From assembly GCA_964359575.1 (NCBI GenBank), contig CAYHTV010000001.1, positions 5,547 to 69,546 of the forward strand: a stretch of DNA of 64,000 nucleotides, given 5' to 3'. The stretch comes from an uncultured Planctomycetales bacterium (GTDB lineage Bacteria; Omnitrophota; Gorgyraeia; Zapsychrales; GWA2-47-8). Below the pieces are notes generated by a model. That model had not been told where the DNA came from and did no database searches. It saw only the letters and a program-made list of their open reading frames with translations. Shown here one piece after another: positions 31,356 through 40,654 of the stretch (its first letter is position 1; each line of letters opens with the position of its first letter). The translations under genes were made by a program, and so were the position numbers.

Positions 31356-32246
31356 GTGTTAGGACACATTTTTAAATCTTCTATGCCTTTGCGCACGCCA
31401 TTATTTCGAAGGATTTCCATTATCGGGGTTGGGCTGATTGGCGGCTCTTTAGGGCTCGCGATCAAAAAACAGAATGTGGCTCGCGAGATTGTGGGTTTCT
31501 CTCATACCGCCGCATCTCTCAATTACGCCTTGGAGCATAAAATCATTGATCATGCGGCGCAGGATTTAAAGACGGCTGTGCATAACGCCGATTTAGTTAT
31601 TTTAGCGACACCGGTTAAAACGATTATCAATTTAATGCCGTTGATTGCTTCCTATTTGAGCCGGTATTGCATCGTCACGGATGTTGGGAGCACCAAGGCC
31701 TCGATCGTGGAAGCCGCACAAAAGAATTTGCCATCTTATCCGATGTTCGTGGGGTCACATCCTTTGGCCGGGTCTGAGAAAAAAGGGCCCACCCATGCCA
31801 GCGCAGAGTTGTTCGAGGGCGCAGTTTGTATCATGACGCCGATGGATCAAACCAACCGTCTGGCCAAGGAGAAAGTGAAACATTTTTGGACGAATTTGGG
31901 ATCCCATGTAAAATTTCTAGCACCCGATCAACATGACAAAATTTTAGCTTATATCAGCCATCTCCCGCATGCCGTTGCCTATTCCTTGGTCGAAACGATT
32001 CCGGCAGAATATTTGGAATTTTCCGTCCAAGGGTTTAAGGACACAACACGCATTGCGTCCTCCTCGCCGCAGATGTGGACTGATATCTGTCTGGCGAATC
32101 CCAAAAATATCGTTAAGTCCCTCGATGAGGTTGTAAAAAATCTTTCCGCAATCCGCAAAATGATTTTAGCGAAAGATGAGCAGGGGCTAAACGACCATTT
32201 TCAGAAATCCAAAACCAAACGCGACAGTATTGAAAAACGTGAGTAG
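31356..32246 (+). CDS. tyrA: Prephenate/arogenate dehydrogenase
   Basis: Rossmann motif ISIIGVGLIGGS, catalytic SHPLAGSE, and a C-terminal dimerisation domain. Confidence 0.8.
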   Translation: MLGHIFKSSMPLRTPLFRRISIIGVGLIGGSLGLAIKKQNVAREIVGFSHTAASLNYALEHKIIDHAAQDLKTAVHNADLVILATPVKTIINLMPLIASYLSRYCIVTDVGSTKASIVEAAQKNLPSYPMFVGSHPLAGSEKKGPTHASAELFEGAVCIMTPMDQTNRLAKEKVKHFWTNLGSHVKFLAPDQHDKILAYISHLPHAVAYSLVETIPAEYLEFSVQGFKDTTRIASSSPQMWTDICLANPKNIVKSLDEVVKNLSAIRKMILAKDEQGLNDHFQKSKTKRDSIEKRE

Positions 32247-32919
32247 TGCGGTGCGAACAACGGTGGTCACAATCGATGGGCCAGCCGGAGCAGGGAAAAG
32301 CACGGTGGCCAAACAATTGGCCCGGCGGCTGCTTTTTTCTTATCTCGATACCGGTGCGATGTACCGCGCCTTGACACTCAAAGCGCTGCAGCTTAAGGCG
32401 GATCTGGAGGATGAAAGCGCGCTGGTTATTTTGGCAATGGGAACGGCGATTGATTTTAAAGAAGACAGCCAAAATGGTTTGCGTGTCTTGTTGGACGGGA
32501 GGGACGTTACTGAAGCGATCCGCACACTGGAGGTGACCAATAATACGTTTTATATTGCCCGTGCGTCAAAGGTGCGCGCGATCATGGTGGACTGGCAGCG
32601 GCAAATTGGCACAAAGCATAATGTTGTTGCCGAAGGCCGGGATGTCGGTACAGTGGTTTTTCCCAATGCCGCGTACAAATTTTATTTGGATGCCAATTTT
32701 GCGGAGCGGGCCCATCGCAGGATTCGAGAATTGGAAGAAAAAGGCCAAAGTGTCGAAGCCAAAAAATTGAAGCAAGAATTGCAAGAGCGTGACCAAAAAG
32801 ATTTGACGCGTAAAGTTGGGCCCTTGAAGAAGGCGGACGATGCGGTTTTTATTGATTCCACGAACTTCTCCGTTGAGGAAGTGGTGGGGATGATGATGAA
32901 ATATATTAAAAAGCAATAA
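32230..32919 (+). CDS. cmk: (d)CMP kinase
   Basis: VTIDGPAGAGKSTVAK P-loop and YLDTGAMYRA motif; 229 aa. Confidence 0.95.
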   Translation: MKNVSSAVRTTVVTIDGPAGAGKSTVAKQLARRLLFSYLDTGAMYRALTLKALQLKADLEDESALVILAMGTAIDFKEDSQNGLRVLLDGRDVTEAIRTLEVTNNTFYIARASKVRAIMVDWQRQIGTKHNVVAEGRDVGTVVFPNAAYKFYLDANFAERAHRRIRELEEKGQSVEAKKLKQELQERDQKDLTRKVGPLKKADDAVFIDSTNFSVEEVVGMMMKYIKKQ

Positions 32920-33003
32920 ATCATCAGCCGTCAGCCTTCAGTCATCAGCCAAGTGCTTTTAGCTGAAGACTGAAGACTGAAAACTGATAGCCGAAAGTTA
33001 AAC

Positions 33004-34794
33004 ATGGACAAATCACTTATTCGAAATTTTTCGATTATCGCGCACATTGATCACGGGAAATCCACCCTCGCGGATCGGCTATTGCTTTTTTCCGGGGCCA
33101 TCGACGAACGAAAATTCAGAAATCAAGTGCTGGATGATATGGACTTAGAGCGCGAGCGCGGTATTACGATCAAGGCCTCAGCGGTACGCCTGGATTACAA
33201 AGCCAATGACGGCAGATTTTATATTTTTAATCTTATCGACACGCCGGGCCATGTGGATTTTACCTATGAAGTTGAAAAATCCCTGCGCGCCTGTGAAGGG
33301 GCGCTTTTGGTTGTTGATGTTTCGCAGGGAGTTGAGTCGCAAACCGTGGCCAATTATTATTTGGCGATTGATAACAATTTGGAAATTTTGCCCGTAATTA
33401 ACAAGATTGATATCGTTAACGCCGATATTGAATTGTCAAAAAAAGAAATGGTTGAGGCGCTCGGTTTTAAGGAAAAGGACATTCAACTGGTTTCCGCCAA
33501 AGAAGGCATTGGGGTCAAAGAACTTTTCGAAAAGATTCTTGCCTTTATTCCTCATCCAGAAGGCGATGAAAATGCGCCCCTGCAGGCGTTTATCTTTGAT
33601 ATGAAATATGATATTTATAAAGGGATCATCATTTATGTGCGGATTATGAATGGTATTCTAAAACCGGATATGCGCATCCGGATGATGCATCGGAATAAAG
33701 AATTCTCCGTTGAAGAAGTTGGCGTTTTCCGCCCTGAGGCGGTTAAGGTCAACGAATTATCGTGCGGGGAGGTTGGGTACATGACCTGCAATATTCACAA
33801 TCCGCAGGAGGTTAAAGTTGGCGATACAATTACGGCGGCGGAAAATCCTGCCCCAAAGCCGCTGCCTGGTTACCGGCAATTGAAGCCTTTAGTTTTCTGC
33901 GGGGTTTATCCGGTCAACGCCGCGGATTTCATGAATCTGCGTGAGGCGATTGAAAAATTGCGACTGAATGACCCGAGTTTTGTCCACGAGCCGGAGACGT
34001 CCGAATCTTTTGGCCATGGGTTTCGCTGCGGGTTTCTGGGATTGCTGCACATGGAAGTGATCCAAGAGCGGCTGCAGCGCGAATATGATTTGAATCTCAT
34101 TCTTACGACACCGAACGTTGGATATCGCGTTATCATGAAAGAAAAAAAAGTGATTCAGTTAGAGAATCCTTCGCAGCTCCCCGGTGCCAGTGATATGGAC
34201 AGTATCGAAGAGCCGTATTTAAAAGTTTCCATCCTCACTCCGGTTTCGTCGATGGATAAAGTCATGGAATTGGCCAAGGCCAAGCGCGGGATTTTCCAAA
34301 AAAGCGAATTCGTCTCGGATAGAATGCGGATTGTTTTTGATATCCCACTCTCGGAAGTCATTGTGGATTTTAACGACCAGATCAAATCCGTGACCCGCGG
34401 TTATGGATCGATCGACTATGAATTCAAGGGTTACCTGCCGGCGAAGATTGCGAAGTTGGATATTTTGATTAACGATAAAGTGTGCGATGCCTTTTCGTGC
34501 TTGGTTCACAAGGAGCGCGCGTATGAAAAAGGGTTAGCCTTGGTGACCAAACTCAAAGATCTCATCCCGCAGCAATTGTTCGAAGTTAAAATTCAGGCCA
34601 GCGCCGATGGGAGAATTATTTCCAGTGCCAAGGTAAAGGCCATGGGCAAAAATGTCACGGCCAAATGTTACGGCGGCGATATTACCCGTAAGCGTAAACT
34701 TTGGGAAAAGCAAAAAGAGGGGAAGAAGAAGCTTAAACAAATCGGCAATGTCGAGGTTCCGCAGGAAGCCTTTTTGGCCGCGCTCAAAATATAG
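33004..34794 (+). CDS. lepA: Elongation factor 4 (LepA)
   Basis: IRNFSIIAHIDHGKSTLADRLL and DTPGHVDF GTPase motifs; 596 aa. Confidence 0.95.
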   Translation: MDKSLIRNFSIIAHIDHGKSTLADRLLLFSGAIDERKFRNQVLDDMDLERERGITIKASAVRLDYKANDGRFYIFNLIDTPGHVDFTYEVEKSLRACEGALLVVDVSQGVESQTVANYYLAIDNNLEILPVINKIDIVNADIELSKKEMVEALGFKEKDIQLVSAKEGIGVKELFEKILAFIPHPEGDENAPLQAFIFDMKYDIYKGIIIYVRIMNGILKPDMRIRMMHRNKEFSVEEVGVFRPEAVKVNELSCGEVGYMTCNIHNPQEVKVGDTITAAENPAPKPLPGYRQLKPLVFCGVYPVNAADFMNLREAIEKLRLNDPSFVHEPETSESFGHGFRCGFLGLLHMEVIQERLQREYDLNLILTTPNVGYRVIMKEKKVIQLENPSQLPGASDMDSIEEPYLKVSILTPVSSMDKVMELAKAKRGIFQKSEFVSDRMRIVFDIPLSEVIVDFNDQIKSVTRGYGSIDYEFKGYLPAKIAKLDILINDKVCDAFSCLVHKERAYEKGLALVTKLKDLIPQQLFEVKIQASADGRIISSAKVKAMGKNVTAKCYGGDITRKRKLWEKQKEGKKKLKQIGNVEVPQEAFLAALKI

Positions 34795-34805
34795 AGGGAA
34801 AAATC

Positions 34806-35414
34806 ATGTTTAAGAAGATAAACCAATGGCTCACAAAAGTTTTAGGCCCTAAGAATTCAACGCTTCGCGAGTGGGTCGAATCGATTGTTGTCGCTTTTAT
34901 TATGGCGATGTTTATCCGCACCTTTATGGTGCAGGCTTTTAAAATTCCCAGCGGCTCCATGCGCATGACCCTTTTGGAAGGAGACCGCCTGCTGGTTAAT
35001 AAGCTGCGTTATGGGGCTAAAATTCCCTTTACCGACAAACGGCTTCCTGGCTTCAGTAAACCCAGCCGCGGGGACATTATTGTTTTTGTCTATCCCGAGG
35101 ACCCGAAACGGGATTTTATTAAACGCCTTATTGCCTTTGGGGGCGAAACCATCGAGATTAGATACGGGGACATATACATCAATGATCAGCTGATTGAAGA
35201 TCCACGGATCAACAATATGTATTATTACAATCGCGGGATGTATAGCGATGTTGGAAAAAAGATCAAAGTCCCGCCGGGTTTTCTTTTTGTTCTCGGAGAT
35301 AATAGCGCTTCCAGCCATGACAGCCGTTTTTGGGGATTTGTTCCGGAAAAAAATGTTGTGGGCCGGGCCGAATTGATTTACTGGCCGCTTCAGCGGATTC
35401 GATTTATCCATTGA
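34806..35414 (+). CDS. lepB: Signal peptidase I
   Basis: Catalytic SGSM (Ser) and KRLIAFGGE (Lys) boxes plus GDNSASSHDSRFWGFV; conserved lepA-lepB order. Confidence 0.9.
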   Translation: MFKKINQWLTKVLGPKNSTLREWVESIVVAFIMAMFIRTFMVQAFKIPSGSMRMTLLEGDRLLVNKLRYGAKIPFTDKRLPGFSKPSRGDIIVFVYPEDPKRDFIKRLIAFGGETIEIRYGDIYINDQLIEDPRINNMYYYNRGMYSDVGKKIKVPPGFLFVLGDNSASSHDSRFWGFVPEKNVVGRAELIYWPLQRIRFIH

Positions 35415-35415
35415 T

Positions 35416-35781
35416 ATGACGCGAGGACATTATTTTTCAGTTATAATTTTTTTATTCGTGCTGGCAGGGTGCGCAACGTCGGCGAATAAAAAAAATGTCC
35501 GGCAGGCGGCTTCTGCCGAGAGCGCCGAAGAAGTGTCGGCCGCGCTGCAGTCCATCGTGGGAGCGGTGAGCGGACAAAAGGTCGATGAGAAAAAACTCCG
35601 GGATCTCGCACAGGAGATGAAAAAGGATAAAACCACCGAGGCCGCGGTTCAGTCCGTTACCGAGGCCTTGACCGGGACGAACCGCGTTATCAAATATTGC
35701 CCGGTCGATGGGAAACGTTTCGGCGGTAAAGTGGAAACCTGTCCGGAACATAATGTTTTATTAGAAAATTTGGAAGAATAG
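35416..35781 (+). CDS. Hypothetical lipoprotein with C-terminal CPxDG...CPEH zinc-ribbon-like motif
   Basis: Lipobox LAGC; C-terminal CPVDGKRFGGKVETCPEHN. Confidence 0.45.
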   Translation: MTRGHYFSVIIFLFVLAGCATSANKKNVRQAASAESAEEVSAALQSIVGAVSGQKVDEKKLRDLAQEMKKDKTTEAAVQSVTEALTGTNRVIKYCPVDGKRFGGKVETCPEHNVLLENLEE

Positions 35782-35784
35782 TTT

Positions 35785-36363
35785 TTGGAAATACATATGG
35801 GTTTGACTTTTGCCAATAAAGTGACGATCGGGCGGATTTTGGCGGTGCCTTTTTTTATTGCCGCGGTTTTGTATTATTCCCCCGAGCGTGATTACTTAAG
35901 GTATGTGGCCTTAGGCGTATTCCTTTTCGCCGTGATTTCAGATGTGATCGATGGGTATATTGCACGAACGAGGAATCAAAAGACCCAAGCCGGCGCGATC
36001 CTTGATCCCTTGGCCGATAAAATTCTTATCATTAGCGCGTTTCTGTGTTTGTATAAAATCGGTACTTATTTTCCGGGGCCGGGTGGTGTGCAGTTTCCGA
36101 TATGGCTGGTGGTGGCCGTGATTAGCCGCGATGTCATCCTGCTTTTGGGATCGATGATCATCCATTTGGTCCGCGGAGAATTTAATGTGAATCCCACAAA
36201 ATGGGGGAAGGTTACCACATTTTTTCAAGTTTTTTGTGTCTTAGGGATACTTTTGCAGTGGTCCTTTTCAGCGGCCATTTGGTATGTTACGGTAGTTTTT
36301 ACTGTTATTTCGGGGTTAGGATATATCCGTAAAGGAATTAAAATTTTAAACGAAAATGTTTAG
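35785..36363 (+). CDS. pgsA: CDP-diacylglycerol--glycerol-3-phosphate 3-phosphatidyltransferase
   Basis: CDP-alcohol phosphatidyltransferase motif DGYIAR...GAILDPLADK. Confidence 0.8.
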   Translation: MEIHMGLTFANKVTIGRILAVPFFIAAVLYYSPERDYLRYVALGVFLFAVISDVIDGYIARTRNQKTQAGAILDPLADKILIISAFLCLYKIGTYFPGPGGVQFPIWLVVAVISRDVILLLGSMIIHLVRGEFNVNPTKWGKVTTFFQVFCVLGILLQWSFSAAIWYVTVVFTVISGLGYIRKGIKILNENV

Positions 36364-36988
36364 TCAAATCATTATTGCCGTTATTCTGAGCTATCTTTTG
36401 GGATCCATTCCTACTGCGTATATTTTTGGCCGGGTTTTCAAGGGCATTGATATCCGCGGGCACGGCTCCGGTAACGTCGGAGCCACCAATGCCTTCCGCG
36501 TTTTGGGGAAGGGACAGGGGAGTGCGGTACTTTTGATTGATATTTGCAAGGGAATTTTGGCAACTACGCTTTTGCCGAATGTCTTAGGATTGAGCAAAAT
36601 TTGGCAGTATGTCCTTCTCTCCTTGGTCGTTGTCTGCGGCCACAATTGGACGATTTTTTTAAATTTTAAAGGTGGAAAAGGAATTGCTACCAGTTTAGGA
36701 GTCTTGATTGGATTGACTATTCAGATTGCCGCGATACGGCCGGTGTTGCTTGCCACGGTGCTTATTTGGGGCAGCATTTTTTTAGTTACGGGATTGGTGT
36801 CGCTTGCGTCAATTGTCGCGGCAAGTTTTTTGCCCATTATTATGGTGCTGACCAACCAGTCAACGGCTATCGTGGTCTTGGGAGTCATTTTCTGTCTCTT
36901 GGTCGTGCTGCGTCACCGTAACAATATCAAACGCCTCCTTAAAGGCGAAGAGCCGCGGGTTATTTTTCCTTTCCCAAAGCGTCGGTAA
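36356..36988 (+). CDS. plsY: Glycerol-3-phosphate acyltransferase PlsY
   Basis: LLGSIPTAYIFGR...GSGNVGATNAFR signature; 210 aa. Confidence 0.95.
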   Translation: MFSQIIIAVILSYLLGSIPTAYIFGRVFKGIDIRGHGSGNVGATNAFRVLGKGQGSAVLLIDICKGILATTLLPNVLGLSKIWQYVLLSLVVVCGHNWTIFLNFKGGKGIATSLGVLIGLTIQIAAIRPVLLATVLIWGSIFLVTGLVSLASIVAASFLPIIMVLTNQSTAIVVLGVIFCLLVVLRHRNNIKRLLKGEEPRVIFPFPKRR

Positions 36989-37176
36989 TCCTGCATTCTT
37001 AATATTGTGTCGTAACCTCCTCTCAATCCATACGTTAGAAGTTCTGTTAAATCTGAAAACGTTTTCCCCAAACGGCCTTATCCATCTTGTTTGCCGGTTG
37101 ATGGGTGTTATACTTTCATCATCGGTAACATAGAGGAGTTTAAAACGGCTATGTTACTCAAATTGAGGAAAATCCT

Positions 37177-37530
37177 ATGCGAAAAATTTTTTACCGTAAG
37201 CGGCATTCGTTAAAAAATCGGCATAAAATGATGTCGATCTGCGAAACTTCCGATGAGCAGGATTGCCAAACATCGGTGCGCAAGCATTTTATATATGTTG
37301 TCAGCAAAGAAGATAAAATTGAACAGCATATCAGCCCGCCACGGATTGATATTAAGAAATACTTAAATAGCAAAACCAGGGAGGAGAGATTCCATTTCAG
37401 GGTGAAGGGATATTTTTATATCTCGCGCGAACAGTCTTTATTCAAAGTCCGCTTTTGTCACTCGCTCAAAATCGGGATCATTTGGAAGTCTAAGGAGCTC
37501 TCCCCCAAAAAGTCAGCGACCCTGACTTAA
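37177..37530 (+). CDS. Hypothetical small basic protein (doubtful)
   Basis: 117-aa ORF with no motif, inside an AT-rich 750-nt gap; a hairpin lies upstream and a strong terminator downstream. Confidence 0.25.
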   Translation: MRKIFYRKRHSLKNRHKMMSICETSDEQDCQTSVRKHFIYVVSKEDKIEQHISPPRIDIKKYLNSKTREERFHFRVKGYFYISREQSLFKVRFCHSLKIGIIWKSKELSPKKSATLT

Positions 37531-37554
37531 CATGCGTGCTGAAAAAGCACGTCT

Positions 37555-37591
37555 GACCAGCGGAAGCCAAAAGCCTCCGCTGGTCTTTTTT
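37555..37591 (+). terminator. Rho-independent terminator
   Basis: GACCAGCGGA / TCCGCTGGTC stem followed by TTTTTT. Confidence 0.65.
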
Positions 37592-37744
37592 GCCCCGCCA
37601 AAATTCTTAAAAATTCTTAAAAAATTCTTCAAGAATCGATTTCCATAAAAAAACTTTATGCTACAATACGGGTGTTAACAAATTTTAAAAATATCGATAA
37701 GGGGTAATTTCTTAAGTCATAACATTTCAGCAAAGGAGGAAGAC

Positions 37745-38194
37745 GTGTTAGCAAAATTATTCGTTATGATGATGTTGACCACGACTCTGGTGGGATGCGC
37801 TTCAACGCAGCAAAAAACAGCGCTTAACCAGTTGCAAATGCAGGTTGCGGACTTGGAGCGCCAAGTAGGGGAAAAGGATGATGAAATCGCTGACCTGCAG
37901 GATGAGGTGGATCGTTTGAATGTAGATCTGCAAAAAAAGACAAAAATGGCAAGCGAGGAAGCTATAAAACCGTTGAGCAAAAAGGACGGTGAAATTATTC
38001 GTGTCGGGGCAAGCGTGGGACAAGTTCAGATCGCCTTAAAAAAAGCCGGGTATTATGACGGCGCTATCGATAGCAAGTTAGGAGAAAATACCAAGCGCGC
38101 TATTGTTCAATTCCAAAAAGATAATAATCTTAATGCTGATGGGCTTCTTGGAAAAAAGACCTGGGAAAAGTTAAAGACTTATTTTGAAGAATAG
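37745..38194 (+). CDS. Lipoprotein with coiled-coil and peptidoglycan-binding (PG_binding_1) domain
   Basis: GTG start after an AAAGGAGGA RBS; LVGC lipobox; C-terminal GQVQIALKKAGYYDGAIDSKLGENTKRAIVQFQKDNNL. Confidence 0.7.
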   Translation: MLAKLFVMMMLTTTLVGCASTQQKTALNQLQMQVADLERQVGEKDDEIADLQDEVDRLNVDLQKKTKMASEEAIKPLSKKDGEIIRVGASVGQVQIALKKAGYYDGAIDSKLGENTKRAIVQFQKDNNLNADGLLGKKTWEKLKTYFEE

Positions 38195-38303
38195 TTTAGA
38201 AAAATAGCTTGATGCCATTTCGGATTGTCAGTGTTTTGGGGTGTGGTTGGTTAGGATTTTTGCATCTCCTCCATTGCCATCCGGATATAAACGGAAAAGA
38301 CAT

Positions 38304-38942
38304 TTACAATAGTGAGGGTTGGGCAAGTACTGACCATTTGCTTGTTTTAAGATCAAGTTCCGAAACGGCATGATAATTGTGGCGCTCACGGATGTGCTTA
38401 AGAAAGTCCTTGAGCGTTGTGGTGTGTGTTTTTCTTAATTCCGCGTTGTCAAACCAAAAATAATACCCATCGGCTTGAAAAGCGCAAATCGCATGCGCTC
38501 GATGGTTTTTTCTCACCGCTAAAAAACGCGGCTGGTAGCCTAAAACCTGTAAAACCTCTGCGTTTAAAAAAGTGTAATCCTCGCAATCGCCCTTTTTTAT
38601 GTTGAGAGTTTCCTCTGGTGTAGCCCAGTGATCTTGTGTTTCATCCGTTGTGTAATGGATATTTTGCTTGAGCCAGCCGGCGTAATCTTCTAAGGAACGG
38701 ATATGATGAGCTTGAATAAGGTTGATAATTTTGAAGTCAATGGATTTAGGGCGGACGATAAGAACGCCATCTTTATGTCTGATTTTTTCCTGCTGAATAT
38801 GAAATCGTGAAGCTGGAAGCGAGGTCGCCGCGCTCACTGAAACGGTGAGAACGGTTGTAGAAAATAGAAAAAAGAATGTGCTGCTAGAAATTTTTAAGGG
38901 CATGGGGCATAAGTCCGTTTTGAGAGTAAATCTCATGGACAT
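38304..38942 (-). CDS. Secreted transglutaminase-like (papain-fold) cysteine peptidase-domain protein
   Basis: Signal peptide; GDCEDYTFLNAEVLQVLGYQPRF (TGc Cys motif) followed by a His (HAICAF) and an Asp (FDN). Confidence 0.5.
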   Translation of the reverse strand: MSMRFTLKTDLCPMPLKISSSTFFFLFSTTVLTVSVSAATSLPASRFHIQQEKIRHKDGVLIVRPKSIDFKIINLIQAHHIRSLEDYAGWLKQNIHYTTDETQDHWATPEETLNIKKGDCEDYTFLNAEVLQVLGYQPRFLAVRKNHRAHAICAFQADGYYFWFDNAELRKTHTTTLKDFLKHIRERHNYHAVSELDLKTSKWSVLAQPSLL

Positions 38943-39032
38943 TTGCCTGCGGCTTGATTAGAATGATTCCACTATTCATGAAATTGTACTAAATAAATTT
39001 TAGCAGTCCGCCAGCAGAAAAAAAAGCTTTTT

Positions 39033-39977
39033 ATGAAAAAATTTGTTTTGACCGTTACCTTAAATCCGGCCGTGGATGAAGTGCTGCAAATTAAAAAATG
39101 CGTATCTCCTAGAGGGTTTTTTGTTGAACGAAGGCTGCAGAGTGCCGGTGGCAAAGGTATCAATGTCTCGCGTGTCTTGACACGTTTGGGCACGCCGACA
39201 TTGGCCACGGGATTGCTGGGCGGCCCCACGGGAGAATTTATAATAAGAGAATTGGATCACGAAGGCGTCAAAAACGATTTTGTTGAAAGTGCCGTTCCTG
39301 CCAGGATCAATTTAACGATTCTGTTTGCCCAGCCGCATAAAATGACTCGTTGTGTGGAAGATGGTTTGCCGGTTTCCTATTTGGATATTCAAAGATTTAA
39401 AAAGAAATTTAAGATATTGTTGAAAAAGTGTTCGTGGGTCGTATTCGCGGGACGGATTCCTCGTGATGCAGGAGAAAGGCTTTACGCCAACTTGATTTAT
39501 ATTGCCCAGCGGGAAGGAGTGCGAACATTTTTAGACAGCCAAGGCCGAGCATTGGCAGCAGGCCTGAAAGCCAAGCCAATGTACATTAAGCCGAATCTCC
39601 AAGAGGCACAGCAGTTTTTACGGCAGCAGCTTAATTCCAAAGGAAAATTAAAGGAAGCGGTCCGTTGCTTTTTATGTTTAGGCGTTCAAAATGTTTTTAT
39701 TACTTTAGGCTCGCGCGGGGCGGTGGGTTCGGATGGCCGCCAGTTATGGTTAGCCAGGCCGCCGCGGGTTCAATGTGTCAATCCTGTTGGCGGCGGGGAT
39801 GCATTTATTGGCGGATTTATTAGCGCTTTTGAAAGGAATAAAGATTTTTGGCAGGCTTTAAAGAGCGCTGTGGCCGCGGGCACGGCTAATGCCTTGAGCT
39901 TACAGCCGGGGACGGTTGCGAAAAATATTGTTCACAAAATAGCCGCAAAGGTTAGAATAGAAGCAATAAAATTTTAA
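39033..39977 (+). CDS. PfkB-family carbohydrate kinase (1-phosphofructokinase/tagatose-6-P kinase-like)
   Basis: N-terminal VTLNPAVDE...GGKGINVS and C-terminal NPVGGGDAFIGGF anion-hole motif. Confidence 0.85.
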   Translation: MKKFVLTVTLNPAVDEVLQIKKCVSPRGFFVERRLQSAGGKGINVSRVLTRLGTPTLATGLLGGPTGEFIIRELDHEGVKNDFVESAVPARINLTILFAQPHKMTRCVEDGLPVSYLDIQRFKKKFKILLKKCSWVVFAGRIPRDAGERLYANLIYIAQREGVRTFLDSQGRALAAGLKAKPMYIKPNLQEAQQFLRQQLNSKGKLKEAVRCFLCLGVQNVFITLGSRGAVGSDGRQLWLARPPRVQCVNPVGGGDAFIGGFISAFERNKDFWQALKSAVAAGTANALSLQPGTVAKNIVHKIAAKVRIEAIKF

Positions 39978-39994
39978 ACGAAACGGAGAAAGAT

Positions 39995-40651
39995 ATGGCA
40001 ACATTTGATGCGACACTGTATGACGGCAAAAAACAACAGAAAATTCCCGATGTGTTGAGCGATACCTTGCGCGAGCAGCTGTTGCAATACGCTAAGGATT
40101 TTAAAACTTCCTGGGTGAACCTTGGACAGAATCTTTATAGCGTTTGGCGGGATAAATTGTATTACACTTGGGGTTATGAGAAGTTTGAGCATTATACCCA
40201 GGAAGAGTTAGGGATGCAAAAGCCGCTGGCCATCAAATTGCTCAAGACGTATTTTTTCTTGGAGCAGGAAGAACCGGCGTACCTTAAAGAAGAATTCACG
40301 CAGTCGCGGTCGCCGGTTGCGGTGCCAGGTTATGAAGCTGTTAACATCCTGCGGTTGGCTAAGAAAAATAAGGATCTGAATAAAAGCGATTACATCAAAT
40401 TAAAAAAAGATATTTTTGAAAACGGTAAAGATGCCGCCGCCATTCGTAAGGATTTAACGGCATTAATAAAAGAGCGCAAGGTTGTGGACCCCGAGGAAGA
40501 GCGGGAAAGGCGCAGTGAACTGACTGTCCGCAAATTGCTCAACGCGATCCGTTTGTTTACGAAGGACGCGGAGGCCTTAAAATTATTGCCGGCGAATTTG
40601 ATTACCGAGGCCGAAGGGCTTATGGAAAAATTGGAAGCCGAGATCGCCTAA
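39995..40651 (+). CDS. Hypothetical acidic helical protein (first gene of the peptidase/ATP-grasp operon)
   Basis: No recognisable motif; 4-nt gap to the next gene. Confidence 0.4.
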   Translation: MATFDATLYDGKKQQKIPDVLSDTLREQLLQYAKDFKTSWVNLGQNLYSVWRDKLYYTWGYEKFEHYTQEELGMQKPLAIKLLKTYFFLEQEEPAYLKEEFTQSRSPVAVPGYEAVNILRLAKKNKDLNKSDYIKLKKDIFENGKDAAAIRKDLTALIKERKVVDPEEERERRSELTVRKLLNAIRLFTKDAEALKLLPANLITEAEGLMEKLEAEIA

Positions 40652-40654
40652 CGT

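Noticed and set aside
32921-32985. Imperfect ~17-bp stem hairpin after cmk (CAGCCTTCAGTCATCAGC...GCTGAAGACTGAAGACTG), with a loosely similar TCAGCC/ATCAGC motif near 61145-61175
   Set aside because: Only two loci with weak similarity, and no T-run follows; it is noted as a possible terminator or REP-like element but is not strong enough to call a repeat family.
34857-35411. 184-aa minus-strand ORF antisense to lepB
   Set aside because: Fully contained within the well-supported signal peptidase I gene on the opposite strand; no motif.
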